This document shows positions 13,691-26,094 of a stretch of DNA of 64,000 bases, piece by piece. Positions within the stretch are counted from its first letter, which is position 1. Each line of letters starts with the position of its first letter. This DNA comes from Tubulanus polymorphus. Lineage: Eukaryota > Animalia > Nemertea. Where the stretch lies: NCBI RefSeq assembly GCF_964204645.1, contig NC_134031.1:15425807-15489806 (forward strand), in the 5' to 3' direction. The translations under genes were made by a program, and so were the position numbers. The notes beneath the pieces are model-generated. The model saw only the letters and a program-made list of their open reading frames with translations. It was not told the origin of the DNA and searched no databases.

Positions 13691-16226
13691 ATGAGTTCGG
13701 AGATCAATTTAAGGGACGACACTAAAAAGTTGGTGCTCAGTATTTTAATTTCAGCTCCACGGGGTCGAACTGTGCGAGAATTATGCAGCGATTTTCTCGA
13801 ATACATGGGATACCCGATTCCGTTCAAAGAGATGGGATATCTATCGGTGAACGAATACTTCGAGACCAACAAGGACGCCTTTCAATTAACGTGGGTAAAA
13901 GGGGAACTCGTCGTGCGAGGGATCGCCGACGACTCGACCGAACATATTCAACGGATGGTTTCGAGGCAGCGAACGCCGGCGAAGAAATCGCGCGTCGCCG
14001 CCAAGAAACAAACACGAAATATGATGAATAAAGCCGGTAATCACAACGCGCCGAGCGTATCGCCGTTCGTGCGTAAATGTATCAACGAACTCCTACTCGC
14101 GTATCCGGACGGTATCTTACAGACGAACTTCATGGCCGCGTATTCCCGTCGGTTCGGGCAGCAGTTGCTGTTTCAGAAATTGGGGTTCGCGAGTTTGCGC
14201 GATTTGTTGAAGAGTTTAACGAACATGCTCGAACTGGTCCCGTTGAACAATAGCGGCGCGTATCGCGTCAATCTGAAGAAGAGATCTCCGTCGTCCAGCG
14301 ACAAAAAAATGGCCGCCTCGAGTTCGAAAAGGTCAGTTCATGGTAACAATAGGAGTCAGCAAAATGGCGCCCTCACGGGCCCAGTGTCCGATGGCCCCAA
14401 TGCGGGACAAGTATGTAATAGTTCATATACGGGCCCAGTTTCAAACAGTCTCCGTACGGGCCAGGTATCAAATGGTCCCCGTGCGGGCCCTATATCAAAC
14501 AGTTCCCGTATGGGCCCGGTGTCAAACAGCCCTGCGACTACGAAATTGCCAGAAGACCAAAACCGCAACAGTTCCGGTAAATATCAATTTCGATATATAT
14601 CTCGATTTAAGACAAAAAGATGAAATTATGATTGATTCTCATTTTCAATTGTTTCCTTATAGGAACGCTGCATCACAGTTTCAAGTTGAGTCCTCATATA
14701 CCAGAGGAAATACAGTTGAATATCACGAAGGTAAATCTATTCAGCGTTTGAATGATTTAAGCCATCAGTCACCTGGTGGTGCCAGGATTTTTGGATTGAT
14801 GGTTCTTTAGCCACCTCCCCCCTTATTCGAGATAAACATATCTTGAATCTGTTAGTAGTACCGTGACTGGTGGTTGGTGGATTGAGGGCCAAAAAGAACT
14901 GAAAAAGGATGAAGATATCCTTTGCCTCAGGGCCCAGTTTCACAAGAAGGTTTAACTCTCAAATCGGTTTAATTTCTTCATTAATTCAGTTTTACTTTAA
15001 ACGATTAAGGCCTGAATCTCTTAATTGTGGAACTGGGCCCGGGACGGAATCGTTAGAATGATATTGTAAAAAACAATAATGCGTTTTATAGGTTTTAAAG
15101 AAATTCCAGTTTGGACTTTGCTCGAATCGGATGTTAAGAGAATATAAAGTAAGTCCCCTTATTTAGAATGAGATTGCATTTTCTTCGCAAATTCTAAACA
15201 CGAATTTCACAAATTTTTGGAACCACGCGATATTTTTTAGAAAATTAACGGTCAAGAATTGCCGCTAGCAGCGACTGGACATGTGAGCGTCGTGGAGTTC
15301 CTGTCCGAATTACCACATCTAGTCGTCATCACGAGACCGACAAAAAATGGCGACTGGCTCTTATTCGAACCAGAGTTTTATTCACAGCTAGGTATGTCAG
15401 AGAGATTTTTAGATTTCGTTGAGCGCCAAAGTTTCTCGAAGGTGGTGAAAAGTTATGAAATAGGGAATGGGTCAATTCAAGGTCATGATTATCACGGAAT
15501 GGCCATTGTAAAATTATGGTCATGGTCCTTGAATGAAATAATTTCATTCGACATTTCGACTATATCCTAAGAGCAGTGTTCCTACAGCCCCTCAAATCCA
15601 CTCACAACCCCTCAAATTCAAAAATCCATCTTTGAAGGTACGTCACATTCCCTCAAATTCTGAGATTTAGCCCTTAGCCCCTCCAATTCTGAAAATTGTG
15701 CCTCTCAGAGTCATTTTCAGAGAGGAATACTATTCCTGATGACTGCTGATGACAATAGGACATAGTCAAACGTCAAATAAACTATAGCTCAACGAAATTT
15801 TGGGGACTCGTCTTTTATTTCTTTTTATCGCGAGATTTTGTCTTAAATATCGTTACACCCCGGACAGATTGTTTCATGACGAAAACGTTTCCCTTCTTAG
15901 AAGATAATTCTCGTTCAAATTCGTTGGCATTATTTTTTGTAGAAAATGAAAATGCAGTAGATTCTGCCGTGCGGTCGACGCAACAACTCGACTGGCGAAG
16001 CATCATGAAGACTATAGCGGATCGGTATCCAGAGGGAATGCCTTTGAGATTGCTCCCAGATAGATTCAAGGTATGATAACAGTGAGCGCGTTTCGGGATT
16101 CTTTGCGGTCGTTGAAAGCAGTGAATTTGGATCAGTAATGCCAATATGAACCCTGATCGTTTATTCCAGATATTTGCATACTCTCATAGATGGCGTCGCG
16201 AGCAAACCCCCTGCCTAATAAGCCCA

Positions 16227-16260
<34 letters not shown>

Positions 16261-19200
16261 TTTTACTAACAGAACTTTTCATTTTTTGGCTGAGTTTATT
16301 ATGGGATTTCTCTCGTTATTCATCTTACACGGATAATGCCTTTAATTGTTAGAATGTCATTATCTGCTTTTTGTTAATCTTTGGGTTTGATGATTTAGTA
16401 AAGCATAGCTTTTTTTTCTAGAAAAAAAAACACTATATTATAGCATATTTTATTATTATTAATATTATTAATCTATTTTAGGCAGAAGTCGGTGTTGATT
16501 TGATTCCTTGCGATCATCAATTCACGAATCTCGAGGATATGATTCGATCTATCGATGGAAAGTTTGTGACGATCGAGCAGAATAGTAAGTGTAATATACT
16601 CTACCGCAGAACCCTGACCATCAGACGCGAAATCATCGCTTTCCGTTTTTGAATTTCAGATAGAAGCGTTGTGATTTATCCGTTGTCTTTCAAACCGTCG
16701 AATAAATCGAATCCAGTCTTACTCGATTTAGATAAAATCGATGTACAGGTATGTTGCCATTCTGCCTTGCAAAACATCCTAACCCTTTAAGTGCATCTAC
16801 ACCGCAGTGCGGTGTACGAATCAGTGATGGATTTTGCTAGTACACCGCACTGCGGTGTATTGATTTAGTTAGTTATTACTAATTATCTCTCTTGAAAGAT
16901 GGCAGCACCTGTCAAACATAGTGAAATATTAGTAACTAACGATATACCGCGCCTGGGTGTAGACGCACTATAGTGCTATTCCCGTTATTCAATACACTAG
17001 GGTGGAATTTTTCAGAATTTTCAAATTATCTTCAGCACTAAAGGGTATTAATTAGCCAGCACTGAAAGGGTTAAAAAGGGTATACAGTGGAACCTCTCAT
17101 TAAAACAAACTCGGATTTAACATTAAAAAATACAGAATTTCATCTCAAGTAAGAAAATTTCACTCTGGATATTATAATGAACTATCGGTTATAACGAGAA
17201 AAATTTTCTGGTCGCGTGAAGTTCGTTGTAACGAGGTTCCACTGTATTTGTACACCTAATACTCCCAATACTGAAGACTCGATGCAAAAAAAGGAGCATA
17301 AGGAGCCCAACATTAGAAAATCTACGTCATATTTGGTGCATTTTGAAGTTTAAAATATACGGTATTGTAAAAACTGAATACTGGTAATTATTGAACTCAC
17401 TGAAAAAAAACGTGAAGACACATTAAAGACTCTGCTGATGGTCAGTTTTCGTTATGATTTGGCAAATTGTTTCTCAGATGAGGTGCTGAGACGGAAAAAT
17501 ATCATGAACCATTAAGAACTCAGTTCGATAAAGCAGTTGTTAACGATATGTTTCCGTTTGCAGGCGATCCCGATGAATTATCGCGAAGGTATTCCGCCGG
17601 ACTGCGTCGGCGTCAACGTTCGATACACGGTTCAGCGGATTCCGCAGTCGTATATCGGTACGGAGAACTATTTCGACGTCTACGTGTCGCAGGTCGACAG
17701 CCCCGGCCGTCTTTACATACAGCTGAAAGCCACGACGACAACCGATGCCCTCGAAGATTTAATGGATGATTTAGAGTAAGTTTTCGACGTGCTAGACCTG
17801 GTTTAATCAGTACTGACACTTACCGGGTTATTACAGATCAGGGAATTCATGATATGAAAAATCAAGTAATTTCGGAATCTTGGTAGTCAGTTAATTTGAA
17901 TATTTGGTGTCTTGTTCTTGCTGGTGTCGAGTGGCACAAGCAGCTTATTGATAAGAAACTTAAACAGCCGCCACTGATGATATCTTAGGATTCAATATTT
18001 GGTCAGGAAATTTTGGATTCTCTGAACTGTATTAGAAGCCTGTGACATTTTTCCCACCCAGTAGCGTCTACTGCTGGAGAAAATTCAAAATTCGAAAAAA
18101 GAAATTCTACTGACGGTGCGATGTGTAAGGGACATACCGTTATGTTTAAGTTTATTGAAATAGACCATAACGGTCCTTAATTTCATTAAAATAAATTTCA
18201 ATACAGTACATTTCAATACGATATAATACATTTCGAAAATGTGAATGCCGTTTCTGTAACGCCGCCTGTCAATTTGCACGTAGTAAAGGCGAGGATATAA
18301 TAGGAATACGCGTATAACTTAAAGGCTTATTGCTATCGCAGGTTCCTGTATATACGTTTAACCTTAGCGCCGTGTTGCATCTGGCTTTGCGGTACTAATC
18401 AGGGTTAGTATTCGTTCAAAAGTTTCTTCGATAGTTTCATGTTGTTGTTGTAGGGCAATATACTGGGGTCCGGAAGGTGTCGAATACCAAATGCCGGATT
18501 TCATGTTTCAAGTCGGTCAAGTTTGCGCCGCCGTTTTCCCGCAAGACAATAACTGGCATCGATGCTGCATCACGAAAGTCTTGCCCAACTCGGACGTAGT
18601 AGAGGTATGTCCTAAACACTTTCGGAACCCTGGTTTTCTTACACAGTTTTACCCGTTAGATTTCACTTCAACGGGTTAGAATGATGATTTAAAATGAACT
18701 GATTTCAACGGAGTCGAACTTTACCGAGAATTATGGAACCGAGTTCAAGAAATTTTTGGGTCATGGGTGTTTGGGTCATGAACAGATATAAAAACATGGT
18801 TCCCACAGTACTAAGGTGAAATTTGGAAAATCTTGGGGATTTTGAAATAATATTCCCAGTTTGGAAATATTTGGGAATTTGTGAAATTTTTCTCTTATCA
18901 GGGAAATATTTGGGAAATTCATTTACATTTCACGTATTGCATTTGCCAAGGCCCACTTTCTTCAGAAATTTTTCATGAAAATCACCTTAAGGCCTATCAA
19001 CCAGTCAACACTAGAATGTTGAAAATCCTGTAGTTTGATGGTACCTGTTCATTTCCATTTGGTAAAATTGAAATACTTGGGATGAAATTGGGTATTAATT
19101 CATGTAAATGTGGGAACTATGTTTTCAGTAATTTGTTACTCTTCCGAGGGAATACTGATTTGATAAGTTTGATATATCCAGAAATGTGAAAGGTTTTACT

Positions 19201-22200
19201 GAGGGTCTAAGCATTGGTGACGGATGAATTCGAACATTTTATTTGGTTTTTCAATGTAGATTTTCCTGAATAAGATTCATGTTGTTACTGATTAGAGGTT
19301 GACAGCCCTGTAAAAATATACCGAGGCTTTCTCCTTAATTTTCGTGTATGTTTGAGAAGTTTGACGGATACTAACAGGATCCGCTGCTTGGTGACCGGTA
19401 AAAAAACCTTTCTCTGATTTTAGGTTTATTTCGTCGATTATGGCAATCGTTGTTGCGTAAAACGTGATAAATGTCGACTCCTGAAGTAAGTGCTGCATCA
19501 ATTATACTCCTTACTCTTAATCCGAGTAATCACCCGAATGTTTTTGGATGTAACTCACGCTGTACGTCTCGTTTCAGGTCGAAATTCATTGCACTTCCCG
19601 CTCAAGCTATTCAAGCAAAATTGGCCAATATTATACCAGCTAATGGGGTAAATATATGAATAATGTCCGTTGGAAAATAATTTATGTTCTACAAGTCATA
19701 TCTTTCGCTCGTTATAAAATGACAATGGGTTATCTGGCAGTTGTTCATATGAAGTTGAGTCCGACACACCTAGAGAAAATATTCTATAGAAAATACGATA
19801 AATTGTCATTGCAGCATAAATGGACAAGAAGCTCGCAGGAACGAGTGCTCAGTCTAGTCTCTAATAAGTGTATATTAGCAATGGTTCTAGGAGTAGAGGT
19901 GAGTCTCAAACTCTTCATGTGGTTGGGCTATATGTATTATGTCATAGTATCAAGGCTCTTACAGATCTGGGAAATCAGGAAGTTCCGGATTTATTTTCCC
20001 TGCGCGGAAAATCACAGAATTCTGACTCTTAGTGACAATCGGGGAGAATTCCTGGAGCTCAAATTTTTGTTGTCTCGTTGTTCTTGCTGATGACGAGTGG
20101 CACGAGGAGCCTTTCTATAAGAAAACAGCCTCCGCTGAGGATATCTTACAATTTAATCAGGGAAATTTTTAGTTTAGGGCCAGGAATATGTCAGGATTCC
20201 TGTTATAACTTAAGGCGTTTTTATCTAGGTGTTGATTTGTCAAATCAATTTACCAAAGTAAATTCTGCGCATTTTTTTACTTGATTTATCAAATCGATTC
20301 AGCTAATCAATGCATTCATTTGAATGATTACTCAAATCGATTTGTCAAACTGATTTTAGTAGATTTACATGGAGAGTAAAGATGGCGGAAAAGAATCAGC
20401 AAGTCTCCCAGCACTGGTTACTAATCGGCGCGTTTATCTAACTGCAAATCGATTTGTCAAATCAGCGAGACAGGTTGATTTGTAAATCCAAAGCGATTTT
20501 TTTAGATAAAAACGCCTTTTATCTAATGAGGACCCTTTGCCACTACTCACTTGCCACAAGTGGAATCCTGATTGACGATTATTTATTTCAATTGCAGAAT
20601 CGTGTTTGTAATGTTTGTTTATGTGATACGTGTACGACTGAAGAAGACATTCACGTAAACGACGTGTTGTGTTACGAGGGATTCGCGATGTTCGTGACGG
20701 ATGACATTCCCGACGAGCGAGAATTCGACCTCGAATCGACCCCACCGAGCAGCGTATCCGGTCACGACGAAGTAGACGCTGGAAATCATCCCGAAAAAAC
20801 CAGGTAGATTGATCGTAAATCCTCAGTGTTTGCCGTTAATTTTAGCCCACTTTTATTTTATGGTCACCAGGGGCGTTAAATAGCTGAATAACTCAGTATT
20901 TTCATATTATATGGGTACCTAGGCATATTTTGTAATGACAATCAATTGCAAAATTGTAGCTAGTGACATGTTCTTTGAGTGTGGTGAGTTTTAAGGACTG
21001 TTTGTTGAGCATTTCAAACCACTGCCTAAGTGGGCGTGGTGTCCCCTGGGCCCATAGTTCTAAATTATACTTTCCTTGATTTAATTTTCTACGTGTATTA
21101 CATTGACCACCCGAAATCTATCTGAAAGATCAATAATTCATGATTAATCAGTTATGTCTGTTGACACAAGATATTATCGTTTAGAATGTTAGTCCAGATT
21201 TTCTAGTACGTCCACGGTATTGCTCCTGTATATCTACAGAAGCTCATCAGCATTACAACGTATAAAATAGTGGTACGGCTACAAGATCTGTTAACCCTCT
21301 AGTGCCTCAGCCCTAAAAATGTATAGTATTTCTTATTGATCTATGTTTTCTGCATCCTCTTATTGCATACAACACAAATTCGGTATCAGTTTCAAAAAAT
21401 TTGAGAACAAATTTTCTTCAAATTTCAATGAACATATGTGGACATCAGGCTATAGAGCCAGGTTCTAAAGTTTCAATTTATGACTACAATACCCTGACGC
21501 CATCTATCATGAAAACTTTGTACTAAGTCAACTTCTGTGGACATCAGGCTTTCCAGGCAGCTATGATTGGAAATATGTTTGTTTGGACAGGAGGTACTAA
21601 AGGGTTTTAATACAAATACTCTTGTGCTAATTAATGCACAACGTGTGGCGATCGCAACTTTAAATCTTACACACCTCGTTTATGGAATACGCTGCCTTTG
21701 AACATGAGAACAGTAGATGACATCAAGACATTTAGAAACTGTGTTAAAACCCGGCTATTTAAAAGGGCATCCGGAGAGATTGTGCAGTGAGCAAGTTTTT
21801 CGGAATAGCGCTTTACAAAAGATCTTTATAATCATCAACATTTGTTCATTAATCCATAGCTCTACAACTCCATAACCAATTTATGTTTGTTATATCATGT
21901 ACAACGCTAGCAACACTAGCTGGAATTTAGAAATTTCGAACAAATTCCTAAAGGACGAAATTTCCATTTTTCAGGCCTACGCTTCGCCAGCTGTCGTCGT
22001 TACTAACCGCGCCGCCTGAAGCGAAGCCGCAACAGGAATATCCGTTCACCTCACCGAGTCAGTCGCACACCGGCAGTTTCGAAACCGGCGCAAACAGCTT
22101 CGAATCGGAGGAAGAAGACGAATACATTCGCTACGTGCTCGAAACGAAAATCGGCAATTTTGGACTGGTTCACGTGATCAACTACGGCGGCACGGCGTAC

Positions 22201-25200
22201 GTGCACAGTTCGCAGATATCCAGCTATCTGTGGGAGAACGACTGCTTGAAAACGCGTCTGCGCCAGAAACGTCTCGTCGTGCCGAAAGTGATGGTCTCCC
22301 TCGAAGATGATCCCGAATTATTCGATGAATTCGATTAGTAAGTATAGAGTAGACTCCGTTTATCGCGGAATCTATTGCCTCGCATGATCGCGTACAATAT
22401 ATTACATCAGGAACATCCCGACGACTCTTTGATTCCTTAAAAACTCCTTCAAAACGGAAAAAGGCTTTTAAAGGTGATTGGAACTCCTTTGATTTGAAAA
22501 AGTGCTCAAACCCCCATTAAAACTGCTTCGATTGTGAGAACAAGGCAATATTGATGGCAATGTTTGTAGTTGTACGGTAAACTACACCTAAATCTGTAAT
22601 ACAGTTGGGACCAGGATTTGTGTTTGCTCGATTAGGCGGTTACCGAATTAGAAACCAAGTTTTGTAAGTGTAAAAGATAAAGATTTGCTTACAAAACCAC
22701 TGAATGATTGGTTTATTGAGAAAAACGGGGCCGATTTAGGAGGAGTCTGCAGTAATTGAGATATGAAAGTTCCATTGCGATAACGACCTATCTCTGCTTT
22801 GGACTGCTCTGGAATAAGTCTACCTCGGAGAGAATTTATTGGTTCAGCGAGATCCAAAGTAAACGCACAGTCTACTGTCATACAGTAGACTGCTTTTGAT
22901 TTTGTTGAGTTTTGATCCAACGAAGTCTGCTGAACGAATTTTTAAAAGACCACTGAACTAACGCTGTGATTAATCGTTGTGATAATAGAATTTCTCACTT
23001 CAGCTACAAAGTGAAAGGAACCGTAAACGCGGAAGGAAAGTGCACGGATATCGCTACGTTGTACGAATTGAAAAGTCTGCCGCGTATTCTACAAGCTTTT
23101 AACTACCCCGATCCGAAGCTGATCGACATATTCAAAGAACTTTACGATCAGTTCGATCCCGATGACCCGTACTGGCAGGTCAGTAACGTACTGTAAATTA
23201 TTTCAGAAGTTAGAGATTTAAATCGACCCTGAATCCTCGAATCTGACCCATCCTCCCAGGCAGGGATTCGAATCTAATGGCATCGACATTGCCACGGTAC
23301 GAAACCCTGCCACACTAATGTCTATTTCAACCTGACTTGAGAGAATTCCGGGTGGCCTAGCTCACTCATCTTTGGTAGTACATACCTGATAAAGGTCTTA
23401 ATAGGGCCAGAAAGGACAGGCAGTCGACCTAAATCATAATTTTTTAATCCATTTGAAACTGTATTGAAGGATATCCAAAAAGTCTTCACTGAAAGGGGTT
23501 AAGCCTAAATGAAGAGAAGTGACTCCATGATTTGAAAGTTTAACAATATGTTTCCATGCCTACATACCAAAATTCAGTTGGTAGGCATGGAGACATATTG
23601 TTAAACTTTCAAATCATGGAGTCTCTTTTCTCTCAGGAACCCCTCTCAATGCAGATTTTTTGGATATCCTTCAATACAGTTTAAAGTGGATTTAAAAACG
23701 ATATTTAAGGTCAGCTGCCAATGCATTTTGGTCCTTATAAGATTTTTATCAGGTATGTACTACTAACACTGACTGAGCTAGGCCACCCGGAATGCTCTCA
23801 AGTCAGGTTGAAATAGACATTAGACCGAGTGCGCGGCTACACGCGCACCTTAGATGATGTCATCATCAGCCAATCAGACCCTGTTGTATTTTAGCCCGTG
23901 TTTTCCCATTTAAAGTTCTCCGTGAAATTTACCTCAGTGATTATACAATGAGCAATCTGATAGGTGCGGCGAGTTTTCGTACGGCAAAGCTGCGCACGTA
24001 CCTTAGCAACCAGTCTACTGTGGCAGGGGTTTGTGCCGGGGCTGAGTGTAGCGATGCCATCAGGTTCGAATCCCTGCCGAGGGAGGATGATCAGACTGCG
24101 CTTGAATCTAGGTTTCTAATCCTTAAGTATGCAGGGCTCCTGAAGGTAGTCAACGTTGGTGCCACAAAATATTTTCAAATTGCTTGATAGAGAAGCATCT
24201 GAAATGTTTCCTTTTTAAGGAACCGTCATCTGTGAAGTCATCTGAGTAGCTTTGCTGGATTTAACGCTGTCTATCAGAATAACGAGAATATTATTAACCC
24301 TTTCAGTGCTGGCTAATTAATACCCTATAGTGCTGAAGATAATTTGAAAATTCTGAAAAATTCCACCCTAGTGTGTCGAATAACGGGAATAGCACTATAG
24401 TGCGTCTACACCCTGGCACAGTATGTCGTTAGTTACTGATATTTCACTATGTTTGACAGGTGCTGCCATCTTTCAAGGGAGTTGATTAGTAATTACTAAT
24501 TAAATCAATACACCGCAGTGCGGTGTACTAGCAAAATCCATCACAGATTCGTACACCGCACTGTGGTGTAGACGCACTGAAAGGGTTAATTGATAATTGA
24601 AAAATGATTATTATGATTATTTGATGTTTCGTAGGGAGCTGACGAAGAATCCGAGGGAGATAAATCAATCGACCCTAAACTAGAAGATTTAGAACGTACT
24701 CTAAGATTGCTACAGTTTAGAAAGTAAGTATTAAACCGTCGGCTTTTGAATTTTAAACTTCGATTACTTTTACCGCAGACTGAATTGAATGTTTGTTATT
24801 TTCGTTCAAGAAAACTGCTTTCACGTCAGATCGACGTGGGAATTCCTGATGCAAAAGATGAAGAGAATTTAAAAGAAGTTGAGCAGTTAATCAGTGATAT
24901 GACAAAGTCTATCGCTCAAATGAAGGCCGGTGAAAATGGTAAAATATTAATCATTTGTTTTTTCTTTTTAAATTGAATGGTTGATTTTCACTGCTGCTAT
25001 GAAATTCTTTATTTCTGTCTGTTTTCCTAGGTCCTACCTCTCAAATTAAGCAATCTAGTCAAAAAAACAACAGTGTAAATAGTCAGTCGAAGGTAAATAT
25101 AAATGTAAAGACCTTATTAGACAAAAATTGTAATCTTCTAATAAATAAAGAAGGTATAGATTAACTCAAGTGTCAATCTATCCCCTTCAGACATGAAGTC

Positions 25201-26094
25201 TGGACAATTACTGGGTGAGGTTTAATATGATAGAATGTCTGGTGTTTTCATATGTGTAGTTCACTTTTAATTAGAAATTAGTACTGAACACATGCGAAGT
25301 GGGGATGATCAGTTTTTGAAAGTGCGCTGATAAAATGTCTGATGTCCAGTGTTTGCGGTGTATTTTGAATTAGAAATGTCTTGGGTGAAATCCTAAAAAC
25401 GTGTGAAGTGTGGCCGATCAAAATTGTAACGATCGCTGCCAGGGCTCTCGTTATTGTTGCTGATACCGGCGGTTACGCGTTCTAAAAGTTAATTCTTTGA
25501 ATCGTTTTTTATCCGTAGGTGGTTTCACCGGCGGTGACCAGCAGCGGCGCAATGCAACCTCGACTATCCGCTGCAGCAGTGGATGCGCACGAAATAAATC
25601 AGGCTTTGACTCATATGAATCTGAACCAACATCGGAATACGTACCAACAACAACAGCTGCCGATTCATTATCAAAATCAACCGGTGAACAATATGATGAT
25701 GCCTAACCATCCACCCGGGTTCGGTTTGTCGCATCTACCAGCGCAGCAGCCGCCTCCTGTGATGCAGCTCGGTCGAGGGACGCCTATCGGCGCTCAACAG
25801 CACGTTTTAGCCGCTCATCATCAATTGTCAGGAATGAACATTTCACCGTACGCGACCACGGTCCCGACGGTTCAGGCGCCGTTCGGCCGCGGACAGCTTC
25901 TTGTCAACAATATGGCCGCCGTAAACAACGGTGCGTACAATCACGTACTGATGCCTCCGGGTGCGTCTATGACAACGCAGCAGCAGCAGCGGCAGAACGC
26001 TGCTCAGTTCTACAGTGGCTTTCAATTGGTGGCGAAACCGACTACTATGAATCCGTACGCTCCTAGTTTTCATCCGGGGCAGAGCAAAACGTAG
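13691..26094 (+). CDS. TDRD5: TDRD5/Tejas-like LOTUS + Tudor protein; coding exons 13691-14576, 14663-14730, 15092-15148, 15241-15391, 15943-16070, 16482-16584, 16660-16748, 17564-17775, 18454-18604, 19424-19485, 19578-19647, 19815-19898, 20598-20803, 21975-22337, 23004-23178, 24635-24723, 24811-24938, 25031-25092, 25519-26094 (1219 aa)
   Basis: All 19 exons have AG/GT ends with compatible phases (sum 3660 nt). N-terminal extended LOTUS (LVLSILISAPRG...IPFKEMGY...HIQRMVSRQR), more LOTUS-like repeats, extended Tudor (VSQVDSPGRLYIQ...CAAVF..DNNWHR...VYFVDYGN...LPAQAI...W...CDT...DIHVNDVL..EGFA). Confidence 0.88.
14930..15040. mobile_element. Short MITE (gggcccagtt...aactgggccc)
   Basis: Inverted termini; related copies at ~26184-26374 in the TDRD5 3' UTR and ~55610-55708. 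Confidence 0.6.
16783..17070. mobile_element. piggyBac-type MITE, copy A (TDRD5 intron)
   Basis: CCCTT...AAGGG termini, (C/T)TAA flanks; reverse complement of 24298-24585. Confidence 0.8.
17085..17244. mobile_element. Tc1/mariner(pogo)-type MITE
   Basis: TA-cagtggaacctc...gaggttccactg-TA. Confidence 0.75.
20212..20520. mobile_element. MITE with internal gatttgtcaaatc palindromes
   Basis: aaggcgtttttatcta...tagataaaaacgcctt inverted ends. Confidence 0.6.
21295..21604. mobile_element. piggyBac-type MITE nested in an L2-like fragment (~21180-21840)
   Basis: ttaa-ccctctagtgcctc...gaggtactaaaggg; flanks read HGIAPVYLQKL... and ...WNTLPLNMRT..DIKTFRNCVKTRLF, typical of an L2 C-terminus. Confidence 0.6.
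23249..24089. mobile_element. MULE-like MITE with tRNA-box-like TIRs, hosting a nested ~500-bp palindromic element (23318-23820)
   Basis: catcctccc...gggaggatg ends; same family as 59803-60141, which lacks the nested insert; insert is TA-flanked with long inverted arms. Confidence 0.75.
24298..24585. mobile_element. piggyBac-type MITE, copy B (inverted relative to copy A)
   Basis: TTAA-ccctttcagtgc...gcactgaaaggg-TTAA. Confidence 0.85.

Noticed and set aside
20077-20170. Possible intronic C/D snoRNA (TGATGA...CTGA), paralog at ~17912-18015
   Set aside because: C box not conserved in the paralog, no terminal stem, and embedded in a dispersed repeat.
24035-24080. Possible tRNA gene (also 60085-60130)
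   Set aside because: Only A/B-box-like motifs; no cloverleaf can be built; part of MITE TIRs.
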